From: the human T2T-CHM13v2.0 reference genome, Homo sapiens | Assembly (NCBI RefSeq): GCF_009914755.1 | Contig: NC_060947.1 | DNA: 64,000 nt | Strand: one strand, 5' to 3' | Part shown: positions 1 through 11,859 of the stretch, piece after piece | Layout of the letters: each line of letters starts with the position of its first letter | Numbering within the stretch: the stretch's first letter is position 1 | Made by a program: the position numbers and the translations under genes | The notes under the pieces: generated by a model | Seen by the model: only the letters and a program-made list of their open reading frames with translations | The model's database searches: none | Told to the model about the DNA's origin: nothing

Positions 1-115
1 CTCTGTCACTGACTGCCTGGCTGCTCTTGGGTGTGTTACTTATTCTCTGGGCCCCTCAGTTTCCTCAAAAGCAAAATGGAGCTAATTGTAGAATTTTTGT
101 AAGGCCAAAATGAGT
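1..115. mobile_element. MIR SINE fragment
   Basis: MIR core-like 'cttgggtgtgttacttattctctgggcccctcagtttcctca...aaaatgg'. Confidence 0.6.
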
Positions 116-349
116 GTGATGGTCAGGTTTATGTGTCACCTGGTCTAGGCTCTAGCCTAGCAGTTTGGGCAGGGCAGGGAGTTAGGAAAGAGTGGTAGTG
201 CCCCCACTCTCCACTTATCCCCAAGGGTGCTCATGTATCCAGAGAGTTCGCTGCTTAGGTGGGGGGTGAAGAGAACTTCCTGAATCTCAGGAAATGATTT
301 CCAATCCAAATCTGGCCAACAGAAGACTACAAATAAGTGACCCACAGGG

Positions 350-515
350 CCCCCTCATCTTACTTGAATATACCGCCGAATCCCCTGGCGAGCTTGTTCG
401 AGTGCATATTCTGAGTTGATAGGTCAGGGGAGGAGCCTGAGATTTCGAGATTCTGATGAGCTCACAGGGAATGGTGACATGGCTGGTCCCTGGACCACCG
501 TTTTGGTAGCAAGAT
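350..515. mobile_element. MER5A-like hAT-Charlie DNA transposon fossil
   Basis: 'aatcccctgg..gcttgtt...taggtcagggg.ggagcctgagattt...gctggtcc.tggaccac' resembles the MER5A consensus. Confidence 0.55.
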
Positions 516-774
516 CCTAGACAACACCCTTGCTGAGGGATACTTGGCCCTCATTCAATCCTCCAGAGCTGCACAGGGAACTCACTACCAACTAAGGCAG
601 CCTATTTGTTCCTTGGTCTGCATCCTCCCACCCCACCCCACCCCAGCCAACAACCTTACAGCTGCCTTTAATAACTGAATAGTTTTGTAAATGACCTTGG
701 GCTGCAAGACCTTTTACTTCTCTGGGGCTTCATTTTTTCCTTTGTAAAAGGAGGGGGTCAAATTAGACCTGTGG

Positions 775-1062
775 ATTAGAGCACTCTTTGGAACTCTGCT
801 TCTGCCCAGATACTCTGTGAATGAATTTCGTAGCTCTTGAAATAGAGTTGGGAAACACTGTTCATTTTATCTTCTTCCTGAAAATTCAAAGCATATAACA
901 TAATAAAGGCTCCGATAAGTCCCACTAGAAAGAGAACTACTTAGTGTTGTTTAGCCCTAAAGCTCCCAAGTTATTTTTGATCTCTAAATCTTTTTTCTTA
1001 GTATCTTTTTTCCACATCTGGCAAAACTCATGTTCCATATAACACATTTCTGGAAATACTGA
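775..1062. mobile_element. hAT-family DNA transposon fossil (subfamily uncertain)
   Basis: 'ttgggaaacactg', 'ataaaggctc.ga.aagtcc', ends 'ggaaatactg'. Confidence 0.4.
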
Positions 1063-1379
1063 ACTCGATGGACTTTAAAAGGCCTTCCAGAACCAACAGG
1101 TTTATTAATTTCCACAAGATTCATAAACGTGGATGGCTCTTAATTGTCATCCATTCACTGGGATGTTGAGGGATGCTGTGGCTCACAGACTGGATTCTGG
1201 CTGAGTACAAATAGCCACAACACCCTTGCCAGTAGCCCAGGGACTTTGGTGTAGCAACCATTTGAATGTCTGAATTTGACACTCTGACGGCAGATGAGCT
1301 CTGCAGTGATTCCTCCCAGTACTGCACCCAGAATAGAGAGTGTAGGCCAACTGCAGGCTGCTGTCCACCAAGAAAGGCA

Positions 1380-1600
1380 GCAGAGGATCTGGGTTATTTG
1401 AAGATTATAGATGTATTTTAAAAAGCAGATAAATGTTAAGGAACTTCTACCCAGAAAAATACACAGAAGTGCATCTGCACACATGCATACATATGCACAT
1501 ACAATATTCTGCACCCAAATCCAAAGGTCTCATAGATAAATTGAAGCCTCCATGGGCTTCCTAGGAGCGGGCATCCAAGCTTGACTCAAGAATCCCTGGA
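1380..1600. mobile_element. hAT-Charlie MITE (MER117-like)
   Basis: 'cccagaaaaat.caca...gaagcc.ccatgg...aagaatccctg'; related copy at 27742-27925. Confidence 0.45.
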
Positions 1601-2849
1601 ATGGTCTTCGGACTCCTGGGAGGGGCTTACCTCTGACCCCCTTTGAGTGCCAAAAATGTCTGGAGACTTCCTACTCGTCTAGCGCAAGCAGGGGCAGGAG
1701 TGGAAGGTGGGCTCAGTCCCTCCCTGCCCTTCAGAGCTGCCATTCTCACTGGGCCATGAGACAGGCACTAGTTGTCTCCCAGACCTGGCTAAATTCAGAA
1801 GGCAAAAGCAATTATAGGAGCGCATTCGACAAGAGGGCAAGTTTGGGGCTTCTGCTGAGGGGTTTGAGAATGGTCGGTATTAAACACAAAGATAGTTTCT
1901 TCGAGGTGGGGCTTTGAGTTGTGATTTGAAGAATGTGGGTTGTGGCTTGGGGGAATCTAAAACCAGTTGTTCCTTGCAGAGGGGGCTAAAGGTTTGGGGA
2001 TGGGAAAGTGGGTTCATTTGAGAGAGTGGAGAAGGCAGTAAGAAGGAAAGACAAGTGTGGGTCAAGTGGAGGGTAAGTGTGAACTCACAGCAATTCAGGT
2101 GCGATTAGCAAACCAGCTCTCCTTTCAACAAAGTGCCCCAGGCTCTCCTCTATGCAAAGCCTGCAGGCAGGTAGGGCAGACAGAGCTCACTCAGCCAACT
2201 CAATCGCTCTGGAATTCCCCACCCCCCGCCTAGCAGCTGTCCTGTGCCTTCCCCACAAGCCTCCTCCAGCCTCAGCCCCACCCTTACTCTGCCAGCAACA
2301 GGCTTAGCTCAGGCTTTGCAGAGAAGAGGCTTTCAGCGTCCTCCCCACCTCAAAATGCCCACACACCTCCCTTCCCTCTTTCTTCTTCCACTTCAATCTC
2401 AAAAGAAGAAGGATTACTCCTTCCTCTGTGGAAGGCTGATCTCTTCCTCTGGTCCTGGACCCCATTCTGCCTGCTCTGGCTGCCTCCACTTCCCATGTAC
2501 CCTCAAACCACCCCAACCCCTGCTTCCAACGCTGAAGCATCCAGCAATTTTTGGTGCATCCCCTTCTTCTCTCCACCCTGTAAAAATACCTGCCCCACAA
2601 AAACACTGGTCCACACTCCTTTCTCCTGACTAACCTTCTACCTATGCTTCACGTATCAGCAAAACTATCACAACTTAAGGGAACCCTCCGTCCAGATTAC
2701 TTAGGGTTCCTATGATCTCCTTCACTCCTGCTGCACTGGGCACAGTCCTGTATGGTACACGTTATACCAGGTTTATAAATACCCTGTGTTTGTTTCCCCA
2801 ACCAGACTGGAAACTCAGTGAGGGTAGGCATGTGCCTACTCTCATAGCC

Positions 2850-4839
2850 TGCACTCCTCAGAGAGTAGAATTGAAGACAAAGGCTTATGTGTGAATGTTT
2901 TGGGAGGAAGATGACTCCAGAAAGCAGAAGTGAGAGGCAGGGGAGCAATGCATAGGATAAAAAGCCAATATAAGCATGTGTTATCAAGTTGCCCTCCATG
3001 AAAGGCAACTGGCTGCTTGAATTTCCAGGGCTACCTAAGAAACCATATGAAATGCATCTTGGGATCATCCATGGGGGAAGAAAAAGAGAGGCAGTCATCT
3101 TATGGGATGTAAAAGCCCCCAAATGCCAAGGTACACATAAGTGGGTGCTGTGAGAGTTCCCATGCTGGCATCAGAGATGCCCAAGGGAAGGAGAGGAGAA
3201 GCAGGCATTGCAAGGCACTGGCAGGTTGCATTGGCATGGAGGTGTTCAGAATCTTCACAGAACCAGTTGTCACAGCAGTGGCTGAACTAAGGGTCAAGTG
3301 AGGCCAAGAGGACTTAAAGTGGGACATAAATGGTGTTTGATACAGTCCATCCCTTGTACCACTCAGGTTTGCTTGTATCTTCCATTATACTCAGCTCCCA
3401 TGTTGCAATATGGAGCCTCCATGTTTTGGGAAACAAAATGCTCTCACTTCTTCCTTGAGACAGGTGAGAACCCAGATCAATCTGTCTCAGAGGCCCCTTC
3501 AAGGTGGTGGCCAACTGCAATTTTTGCAAAGACCTAATTCAAGAGGGTTAATGAAGAAACTGATGGTCTCTGGTGCCACAGATATCAGCCTGGAGGCAAT
3601 AAAAGACAGTGGAGTCAGGTCTTGAGGAGGAAAAGCATTGTATTGTAAGACACCTGCATCAGGTGACATCATCACAGGATCTCCACACAAGAACAAGCTG
3701 CTTTTCTCTGACAAAAAGAAAATGGCTACCAGCATGGAGGCTTCTGGAAAATATGGGAGTTCAAGTTCTCACAGTTATCTATCCAAATATTTACATCCTA
3801 GGTGTCAAGGTCCCACTGTTTTTCTGTCAGGGCCTTGATATAGGAAACTATTGAGGCTGCCATTCAATCTTCTTTGTGGCATGCTAATCTTACAATTTGG
3901 TGTTGGGTCTGATTTTCAGCATGGCCTGCCCTGCCACGGCAGGAGATAAGGATCCTTTTATATACATCCATAGAGGCCCTCTAGCTTTCACAGAGTGTTT
4001 TAAATTAATGGTTGGCTGACCCAAGCCTGTCATTTTCTTTACTGCAAACTTCCCAAAGTAACAAAAGCCAAGCAACTCTCAAATCCTTACAATCACCATT
4101 GTCCCCGTGCTAGTCAAGGGTCACAGTTACCACATAACCACATGTTTCACAGGTGAAAGCAAATAACTGTGATGCCACTGCATGCCAGGGCTCACCACAG
4201 CCCCCTCTTTTCACCGGAAATGGGGTTCTTATTCTCATCTTACTGGTAAGAGGTCCAGTTCTATAATTCCATCCTTAGGATTGGTAAAACCCTTCCTACT
4301 AGCAACTATCTGGTTCCCTGGAAAGCAGAGCCTAAGACATCAGCTTTTATGTGAGTACCTTTATTGGGAAATGTGATCCCAAGAACAAGAGTAAGGGATG
4401 AGATGGGAAATAGGAAAGGAAGAAGAGCCAAAACAAGGATATTATATCTAATTGCCCACCATAATTTGTGACTGATTGCTTGATGGCATATAACCCTCTG
4501 AGAAGCCAAATGAACTGTGTCTCAGAACTGGGGGAAAATAAGGGAATCAGTTATCCATCACCTCCTTTCCTCATTGGCCAAAGTTTCACTCCATAGAATC
4601 TTAACTCCCCTCTGTGTACACATGCAAAGCAAGTTTCCCTGACATTCTATGCCAATGTCAAAAAAGAAGGTCAGGTAGAGGCATGGGGTGTAAGCCTGAA
4701 GGGACGTGCTATCAAACTGTACCTGCATGAAATTTGTTGGAGACCACACAGAAAGAAGTGGGTGCTTCAGAGGTGGCAGGAATAAGAGACAGACAAGACT
4801 AAGCAGATGTCATAAAATATATAAGAGGTTTCTGGTAGA
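2850..4839 (-). mobile_element. Ancient ERVL provirus remnant: 5' LTR (~4839-4305, LTR33/LTR16-like), leader, gag remnant, PPT, 3' LTR (~3344-2850)
   Basis: Two related LTR-like segments in the same orientation; minus-strand peptides ISCRGRAGHAENQTQHQIVRLA, KALTEKQWDLDT*DVNIW and MSPDAGVLQYNAFPPQDLTPLSFIASR resemble ERVL gag; 'aagggatggac|tgt' PPT/LTR junction at 3355-3342. Confidence 0.75.
3570..4075 (-). pseudogene. Degenerate ERVL gag N-terminal fragment
   Basis: Frameshifted, stop-containing peptides matching remembered HERV-L gag motifs (ISCRQRAEIAENQTQ; RALIGKEWDPATWNGDVW; ASPEAVARQ..PQ..P.PLFASRP). Confidence 0.7.
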
Positions 4840-6794
4840 CCTTCCTTTTTTTTGTATAGCTCTTTCTTCTGCAACCAGTATGGTGCTGGAGGAAGGTTCT
4901 CAGGGGACACTTAGGAGAGAATGTATGAGTGCCCATTCTTTCTCACATTGGAGGCTGGATCTGGGAGTCACAGACAGGGCTGGGAAAAGATTGAACAACC
5001 TCACTTTAAGATTCCTTCCAGGCCCAGGAGCATGGTGGTAAAGAAGGCCCAAGGCCACAAGATAATACAGAAAACTGGCCCAAAAGTTCCTGCTTCCTGC
5101 CAGGGTAGGGAGGTCACCATTTTCCATGCTGAGGGACAATGGACCATTAGGAAGAAATGGGAATCCTTTAAGAGAGATAAAAGGAGAGAGGCCTCCAGGG
5201 AGCAAAGAGGCAGGGTGAGTCCTGGGAGGTGGGAACAGGATCCAGTCAGGGCCATTTATAAAAAATCATAAAAGCATCCACTTAAAACCCTGTGTGCTCC
5301 CATCTGCAGCTGGGGCTTTGGGGGAAGTGGGATGGAGGGCTTTTCAGGGAACAGTGAGTGGAAACTTAGGAGCAGGAAGTAGTGATGGTTTCCTCTCCTG
5401 GTGTTTTCAGCAATGGATGAGCTACTTGCATCTGAGCCCATGGCCTCAAGCAAATGGATGTAGATCTACAGGCAGGATGCCTTCGATTTGCTCCATCCCT
5501 CAGCCCCTGGAAACCACAATTGAAAATCAATAATCACTAATAAATCGCTAAGTAATGTTACACTGGCAGAATAGCCATTTCATTAGCAGGAACAAGCCCT
5601 GAGCGGAGAGCAGGAGTTGGCATGGAGTTTGACAGGGGACAGCTAGTTCTGGCCTCCATCAAGGGTAGGAAATGTTCTGCTTGCCGTTTACCCTACTATA
5701 GAAAAACGTGGCCCCTGGTGTTCTCAGCTGCTTTAGGGTTACAGAAGCTTCTCGAGGCTTCTGCTCTGATTTTCTCAGCCTCTGCTAAGGGTTGCAAAAG
5801 CTTCTTGAGTCTTCTTCTCTGATTCTCCTAGAGTCACTGGGCCTATGGAGTGGCATGGTAGAGTGGAGCCTATAGGGTGGCACACTGCCACATTCACTCT
5901 TCAGGAATGTGAAGCCAGTGTGGGACTGTGGTTTCACAGATAGACCAGGGCAATGACATGGGCAATGACGTGTTCTGGGAAGGATGGCTTCTGTGGGGCA
6001 GGGCTACAGACAGGAAGGATGTTGAGCACTGCATGGCTACCTATAGGAAGCTTCTAGATGTCCACTGCAAGGGTCAGTGTGACACCATGTCTATCTTTCT
6101 TGGACCTCCACGGTTCTAAAGCCAGGCACCATGGCCCTCCTAGCCAGCAAGGCATCTGCCACTAGGTCCAGGGGATTTTATTACTAAAGCCGTTTGTTTT
6201 GCCACTGATGCAACGTGACACCAGCCTGTGTGATCCAGCTCTGGGCATCACGTCTCCAGCACACAGCAATGAGATGGAAATTTGGCTGCTGCAAAAGGCA
6301 TCGATTTTGCCTTATTCTGTGAATCTCCTTTCTCTGAACAGCAGGGACATTTCAGTTCCTTGTAAGGCACACACTCTCTTCCTCCTGGCAACTGCCCAAT
6401 ACCGTAATTCCCCATATAGTACCACCTTGGAAGTGCCTTGAGCAGCATCCCAGGAGCAAGAGGGCCACTCTACATCCCATGCCCTGAGGCATTAAGGGCT
6501 TAATGAAGTACCCAGGCAGAATGCACTCAGGGAGGAAAGCATCCCTAGCCTCACCTGCTTCCTAGTTCAGGAGAAAGGGCCTGAGAGACAAACACCCTAG
6601 CTTACAGAGAAAAGCAGCAAGCTACTTCCTTGCCTTCCTTCCTTTGGTTTTGTTACTCTAATTTCACTGAGTGGCATCTACACTCAGTCCTTAAGGGAGC
6701 AGGGTTTCCTTGCTGGCAGATATGCTATGGGGCTGTGAGGCAGGGTACTGGGGGTATAGCTATAGTGCCAACACAACTGGCGACCACCCACAGT

Positions 6795-6841
6795 CCAGGA
6801 CTGGTCTCCTGGCTACCAGGACTGGTCTCCTGGCTACCAGG
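6795..6841. repeat. Perfect 21-bp tandem duplication (ccaggactggtctcctggcta x2 + ccagg)
   Basis: Read directly: 6795-6815 = 6816-6836. Confidence 0.95.
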
Positions 6842-7279
6842 GCAGGTGAGGGGAGCTCCCTGGAAAATGCTAGAAATGGGAGGTCCAAGCTTGTGAGAGA
6901 GCCAGAAACTCAAGCCCAGAAAGGGAAAAGAGCTTGTCCCAGGTCCTACAGTGGGCCACTTGCAGGATGGGGCCAATAACCCAGAATCTTGTTCATGGGG
7001 CTGCCACCACCTGACATGGTGCATCACTAGCTCTTTAGGGGCCTACTCTCCTCCCACATGCACATATTTATTTGTACTTACCTGTTGCTTGTTGGTGCAC
7101 TGAGTTATTTCACATAGAGGACAGCAGCACTTCACAGGAGAACTGGAGGGGCCCTTAGGACTTATTTTGCCCAGCCCTGACGCTCAGCAGTTAAGCATGT
7201 TTTGCTCTCAGCAAGGATTTTTCAGCAGGAGCAGCAGCAGGTTCTAGGATACCTATTAGACCCTGGCTATATCTGAATA

Positions 7280-7480
7280 ATAGCTAACATCTGAAAGATG
7301 TTAACTGACTGAATCCTCATGCCACCCTGTGAGGTAAGTGCCACTGCTAGTCCCATTTTACAGATAAGGAAACCAAAAACACAGAGGGGGTTAAGTAAGC
7401 TGCCCAAGGTCACAGAGCTGGTAAGAGGCAAAGCCTGGATTCAAAGCAGGCTGGCTCCTGATTGCTTGCCTTTACACTAC
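7280..7480. mobile_element. MIR SINE
   Basis: 'aatcctcat...cccattttacagataaggaaac...gcccaaggtcacagagctggtaag.ggcaaagcctggattcaaa'. Confidence 0.8.
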
Positions 7481-7779
7481 CCTATGTTATATCTCACAGA
7501 GTTGGTGTAATGATCCAATCAATGAGTTAATAAGTCAGGTGTCAGCACCTGCTGCTAAGGCCCTTCCAGCTCTCAAGTATGGTACATATGTTGTCTCTAA
7601 TGATGAATGTGAGAGAGTTTGTCCTTGTGTCTGCTCTTTCCAAGAGTGTACAGCCCAAGTCCAATGCTCTGCACACAGTAGGTATTCAGAAAAAGCTCCT
7701 CTGTGCATTTGCTATCACAGAAACAGGCATTTGTATATTGCACACCAGCTCTGTGCCCAATCCCATTTTGCAAAGACAT

Positions 7780-8110
7780 GACAAAAATGAGAACTTGTGC
7801 TTAATATCAAGTAGTTCATAGTCTACCGAGAAAACGGGTAAATCAACAGTTACAAGCCAAGGTAGTAACGGCTGCAATAGAGTCAGCTCAGATGCTAGAG
7901 GTGCTTTTCACAAATGGGGCAGCTCCGTTTCCTGGGCCTCAGGGAGGAGGGAGTCAAAGAGGGCCTCACAAACAAGGACCTTAGGCTTCAGCTGAGGCCT
8001 AATGACTTCAGAGGAGTACCCCAACTGACCAGGGGAAAGGAGGGCCTCCTGCTGCCTGAAGGGAACAACGGGTACACAGCATGGAGGTGTGAAAGAACAG
8101 TGTTTTTCAG
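7780..8110 (-). mobile_element. L2 LINE fragment (appears to continue at ~9085-9300 beyond the MaLR)
   Basis: L2-like purine-rich sequence 'gagggaacaac.gg...acagcatggaggtgtgaaagaac'. Confidence 0.5.
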
Positions 8111-8154
8111 AACAATGACTTGTTTGCTCTGTCCACCACATGAGCTACCTTTGT

Positions 8155-8583
8155 AGAGGCTCGGGGGCAAACCCAGAGGACAGAGCATCAAGCCAAAGAG
8201 GATTATCCTCAAGCCTTAAAATCAAATGAATCAAATGGAATTTGTGCTGCTAGTTTTCAGACTTTCTCAGGATCCATGACTCCTTTTTCCCCTCCAATTC
8301 CTCCTTCTTGGAATGGGAATGTCTGTCTTATGCCTGTCCCACCATGACATTTTGGAAGCAGAGAACTTGTTGCCTGGTTTCACAGGTACACAGATGGAGA
8401 GAAACATTGCTCCAAGATGAGTTATACCCCCAGTCTCACCCATATCTAATTTAAATGATGTTTAGATAAGATTATGGACTGAGAGTTGGTGCTGGAATGG
8501 GTTAAGGCTTTAGGGGGTGTGGAGATGGAGTGACTGTCTTTTGCATGAGAAAAATGTGCACTTTTGGGGGCCAGAGGGCAGAC
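8155..8583 (+). mobile_element. MaLR (MLT1) internal sequence, 3' end
   Basis: MLT1-int-like 'ttggaatgggaatgtct.tc.tatgcctgtcccacca'; ends in PPT-like 'gggggccagagggcagac' directly before the LTR 'tgtt'. Confidence 0.75.
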
Positions 8584-9057
8584 TGTTACTGGCTGAATTG
8601 TGTCCTCCCACCAAATTCATATGTTGAAGTCCCAACCTCCAGTATTTAGAAGTACCAAGTTGAAGTTGTATGTTGAAGTCTCAACCTCCAGTATCTCAAA
8701 ATGTGATCTTATTTGGAAATAGGGTCATTGCAGATGAAATTAGTTAAGATGTGGTTATACTGGAGTAGGATGGGGCCCTAATTCAATATGACAGGTGTTC
8801 TTTATGAAAGAGAGAAATTTGGACATAGAAGTATGCATTAAAGGAAGACTGTGAAGAGACACAAGGAGAAGATGGCCATCTAAAGCCAAGGAGAAAGGCC
8901 TAAGACAGATCCTTCCCTCACAGCTCTCAGAAGAAACCCCACTGACACACCTTGATTTCAGACTTCTGGCCTCTAGAACTGTGAGACAAGAAATGTCTGT
9001 CGTTTAAGCCCCCTAGGTTGTGGCACTTTTTTATGGCAGCCCTAACAAACTATGACA
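8584..9057 (+). mobile_element. MLT1B-like MaLR LTR
   Basis: TG...CA ends; 'ggctgaattgtgtcc', 'ttatttggaaatagggtcattgcagatg', 'agaactgtgagacaa', 'tatggcagccctaacaaacta'. Confidence 0.85.
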
Positions 9058-9359
9058 GATTTTGGTATTTTGGAGTAGGGGCAGGTCAGGTAGACCACAT
9101 ATCCTAAGCAAAGGAGGTGGGACTTTAGCCCTCAGGGTTAGAGGGAGCCAAGGAAATAGTTTAAGCAAGGAAGGATCTGTATATGGGAAATTTACGCTAG
9201 TGGCTGTCAGGAGAATGTATTGGAGAGGACAAGACTGGAAGAAAGGAGACTAGTTAGGACATGGTTGCTGTACTCTAGATGAAAGTGAATGGCTGCCTAA
9301 ATATAATAATGAAGATGATAATAATAATAAGTAGTAGTAGTAGTAGTTGCAGTATAGTT

Positions 9360-9545
9360 ATGTTTACAACTAATGTGAATTGATTACTTATGCTGTGCCA
9401 GGTAATTTACATGGATTAATTAATGATTGCAACAACCTGATGAGGTGGGCACTATTGTTATCTCCATTTCACAAATTAGGAAACTTGCCCCAGGCCACCC
9501 AGTAAGTGCTGAGGCCAGGAGTTGAACCAGGCCGTCTGACTCTGA
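9360..9545. mobile_element. MIR SINE
   Basis: 'caacaacc.gatgaggtgggcactattgttatctccatttcacaaattaggaaac'. Confidence 0.7.
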
Positions 9546-9555
9546 CACCTGTGGT

Positions 9556-9745
9556 ACAATGGTATGTTGGTAAATATTTAACAACCAGCCCTGATTTGTA
9601 GCATTTGCCCATTTTGGTGGTGTGCCTATTCCCACTATTGCCAATTTCAGGCTACCAATGTGTCATCAACAGGTTGACAAGATTTCTGAAAATGTAACCA
9701 TCCTTTCTCACAAGGTGATGCAAGCCAGCTAGCGAAGCACCAGGC
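9556..9745. mobile_element. MER63A-like hAT DNA transposon
   Basis: 'tggtaaatatttaacaaccagccctgatttgtagcatttgcc...atttcaggctaccaa'; opposite-orientation relative at 61668-61880. Confidence 0.65.
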
Positions 9746-9849
9746 ACAGAACTAGCCATGTGTGAAGTACATGTTACTTCCCTCCTCCCTGCTGAGCTTT
9801 ATGTTAATAGGATACTCTTGAGGCCACTCAGTTCCAGACTGCCTAGGAC

Positions 9850-10010
9850 ATCCAAATCTTGGTTCCACAGGGAGTAACTGTGTGATCTCAGAAAAATTGC
9901 TTAACCTCTCTGAGCCTCAGTTCGCTTAGCCCTGAAATGTGTTTTTACAAGACTTCATTGAGCTCGTAGATGTTAAGCACAGGGCCTGCCACATAATAGG
10001 TGTGCCCTCA
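9850..10010. mobile_element. MIR SINE
   Basis: 'ctgtgtgatctcag..aaattgcttaacctctctgagcctcagtt'. Confidence 0.7.
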
Positions 10011-11859
10011 AGCTTTAGCTGCTTTTATTGCTTATATGATTGTGCTTTCCAAACACAGGTCACCTGGAGCACATTGTCTGGTTTTCTCCAGACGTCCTGG
10101 AGAGTGTGCCTGCCTGACGGTGGGCCCAGCTGGTTTCCTGGAGTTAGGTCATATTAACCTTGAGAATGATTGTAGTGATGGTGCAGCAGCAGCCTAGATG
10201 GTTGCTAGGACAGGCATAGGCCAGAGTTGTGTTGTTTTCGCTTTTTAAGTCACAAAATTGCAAATGATCTGAAGCGTCCTAGAACAGTGGGTAGAACCTC
10301 TTCCCATGTGGGTCCTGAGTTGGGCCTTTTCTCTTGGAAAATAATGTCATTGCATGAAGAGTAATAATTAGCATGCCATCTGCATACTTTTTTCTATATA
10401 AGAGCTTTGACAATGTCTTTCAGTCCTATGCATGGTGCAAGTGGGAAACTGGCAGCCATCTGGATTTACATTAATTCCCTAAACTGTTTATCCATCTCTG
10501 TTTAAATGACCATATCCCATCCTTATCTAGGCTTTGGTAGCATTACCTATGGCATTTTGGAAACAGCGTTCATGGTAAGTAAGCAGCTACGGAGGGAAAA
10601 ATTGACTTGTAGCCACAGTTTTCTGGTTTCATGGTGAAATCGATGCAAACCATTCTACAGGCCCTTAATTAACTGCTTGCTTGCTAATGAGGGCTTTTTT
10701 TTTTTTCTTAAAGGTTCCTGTATTTTAAATCAGTGAAGTCGCCAGGAAATTACAATCAATATTTTAACCATTTCCCATTTGTTTCTATTGTGTTTCTTCA
10801 ACATCCCCAAGAATATTAAAATTGTTCAAGAACACAGCAAAAAGAAATAAGTCAACTTGTTTCCCAGTGGCTCTCCTCTGCCCCACCGGGGCAAAATGCC
10901 GATGTGTCCTCTGTGAGTGCCCCAATCTGTTTCCTTACCTGGCACAGACTCATCTTTTTTTTTGCCAGACATATCAAGCACTTGCAGAGTGTTCAATATC
11001 ACAAGATGTTTTGAACGTACATGCAAGACCTGAGCTTTTGTCCGAATACTTTTCATTTGATTAGGTTCAAGGCTGGCTGCCTCTTGTCTTTTAGGGTATG
11101 TAGGATAACAATCACGATAGCATCCTCTTCTCTGAGGGCTAATGACTCATGGGGTAGACACCTTGACTAGGGTGGTCCTGTCCATGACAGAACTAAAACC
11201 CTGACTACACACCAATAAGGCCGTTACTACTGTGACTCCATTTTGGAAATGAGACCTGTGAGGCTCAGGAGGTTGTACAGCTGGGAGACAGCAGAATCTG
11301 GGTGTACACCAGTGCCTTTTGCCTCCCAGATCAAGTTCACTGCACTTCCTCTGCATGGGGTAGTCGTCACCCAAGGCCTTCCCAAGGGCACTTGTCCGTC
11401 CTCATTCCTGTGTTCCTGTTGGTTGTGGCTTCCAGCAAGCTGTGGTCAGAGAACTCAGGTTCCCTGGGGCTAGGACTCTGTGCAGATGAGGAGTCCACAA
11501 GCCCTGAGCCAATGCCCCAGGAGCCTAGAGCTCAAGAGCCTGGGGGTGGGGGTCTCTGGCTTTGCTGAGGGCCTGGGGTGTGGCATCTGCCTGGCTGAGT
11601 GAGGCATGGGTGTAGGGGGCTGGGAGCCAAGGGAGCAGGTGGACGTGGTGGCCTCCAGTTGGGCATTGGCTAATGGCCTCTGAGCATTAGAGGTGAAGTG
11701 GGGGATGCCAGAAGGTGCTGGCCACATCCATCATCTCACTTTCTCTCTCTGGATTCATATTCTGCCATCCAGAGGGTACCCTGAACACCCCCCAACACAC
11801 ACACCCACTGCAGCTGAGGATTAGCCATGGGTCCATCAGGGAGGCTTTGGGGAAACCCC

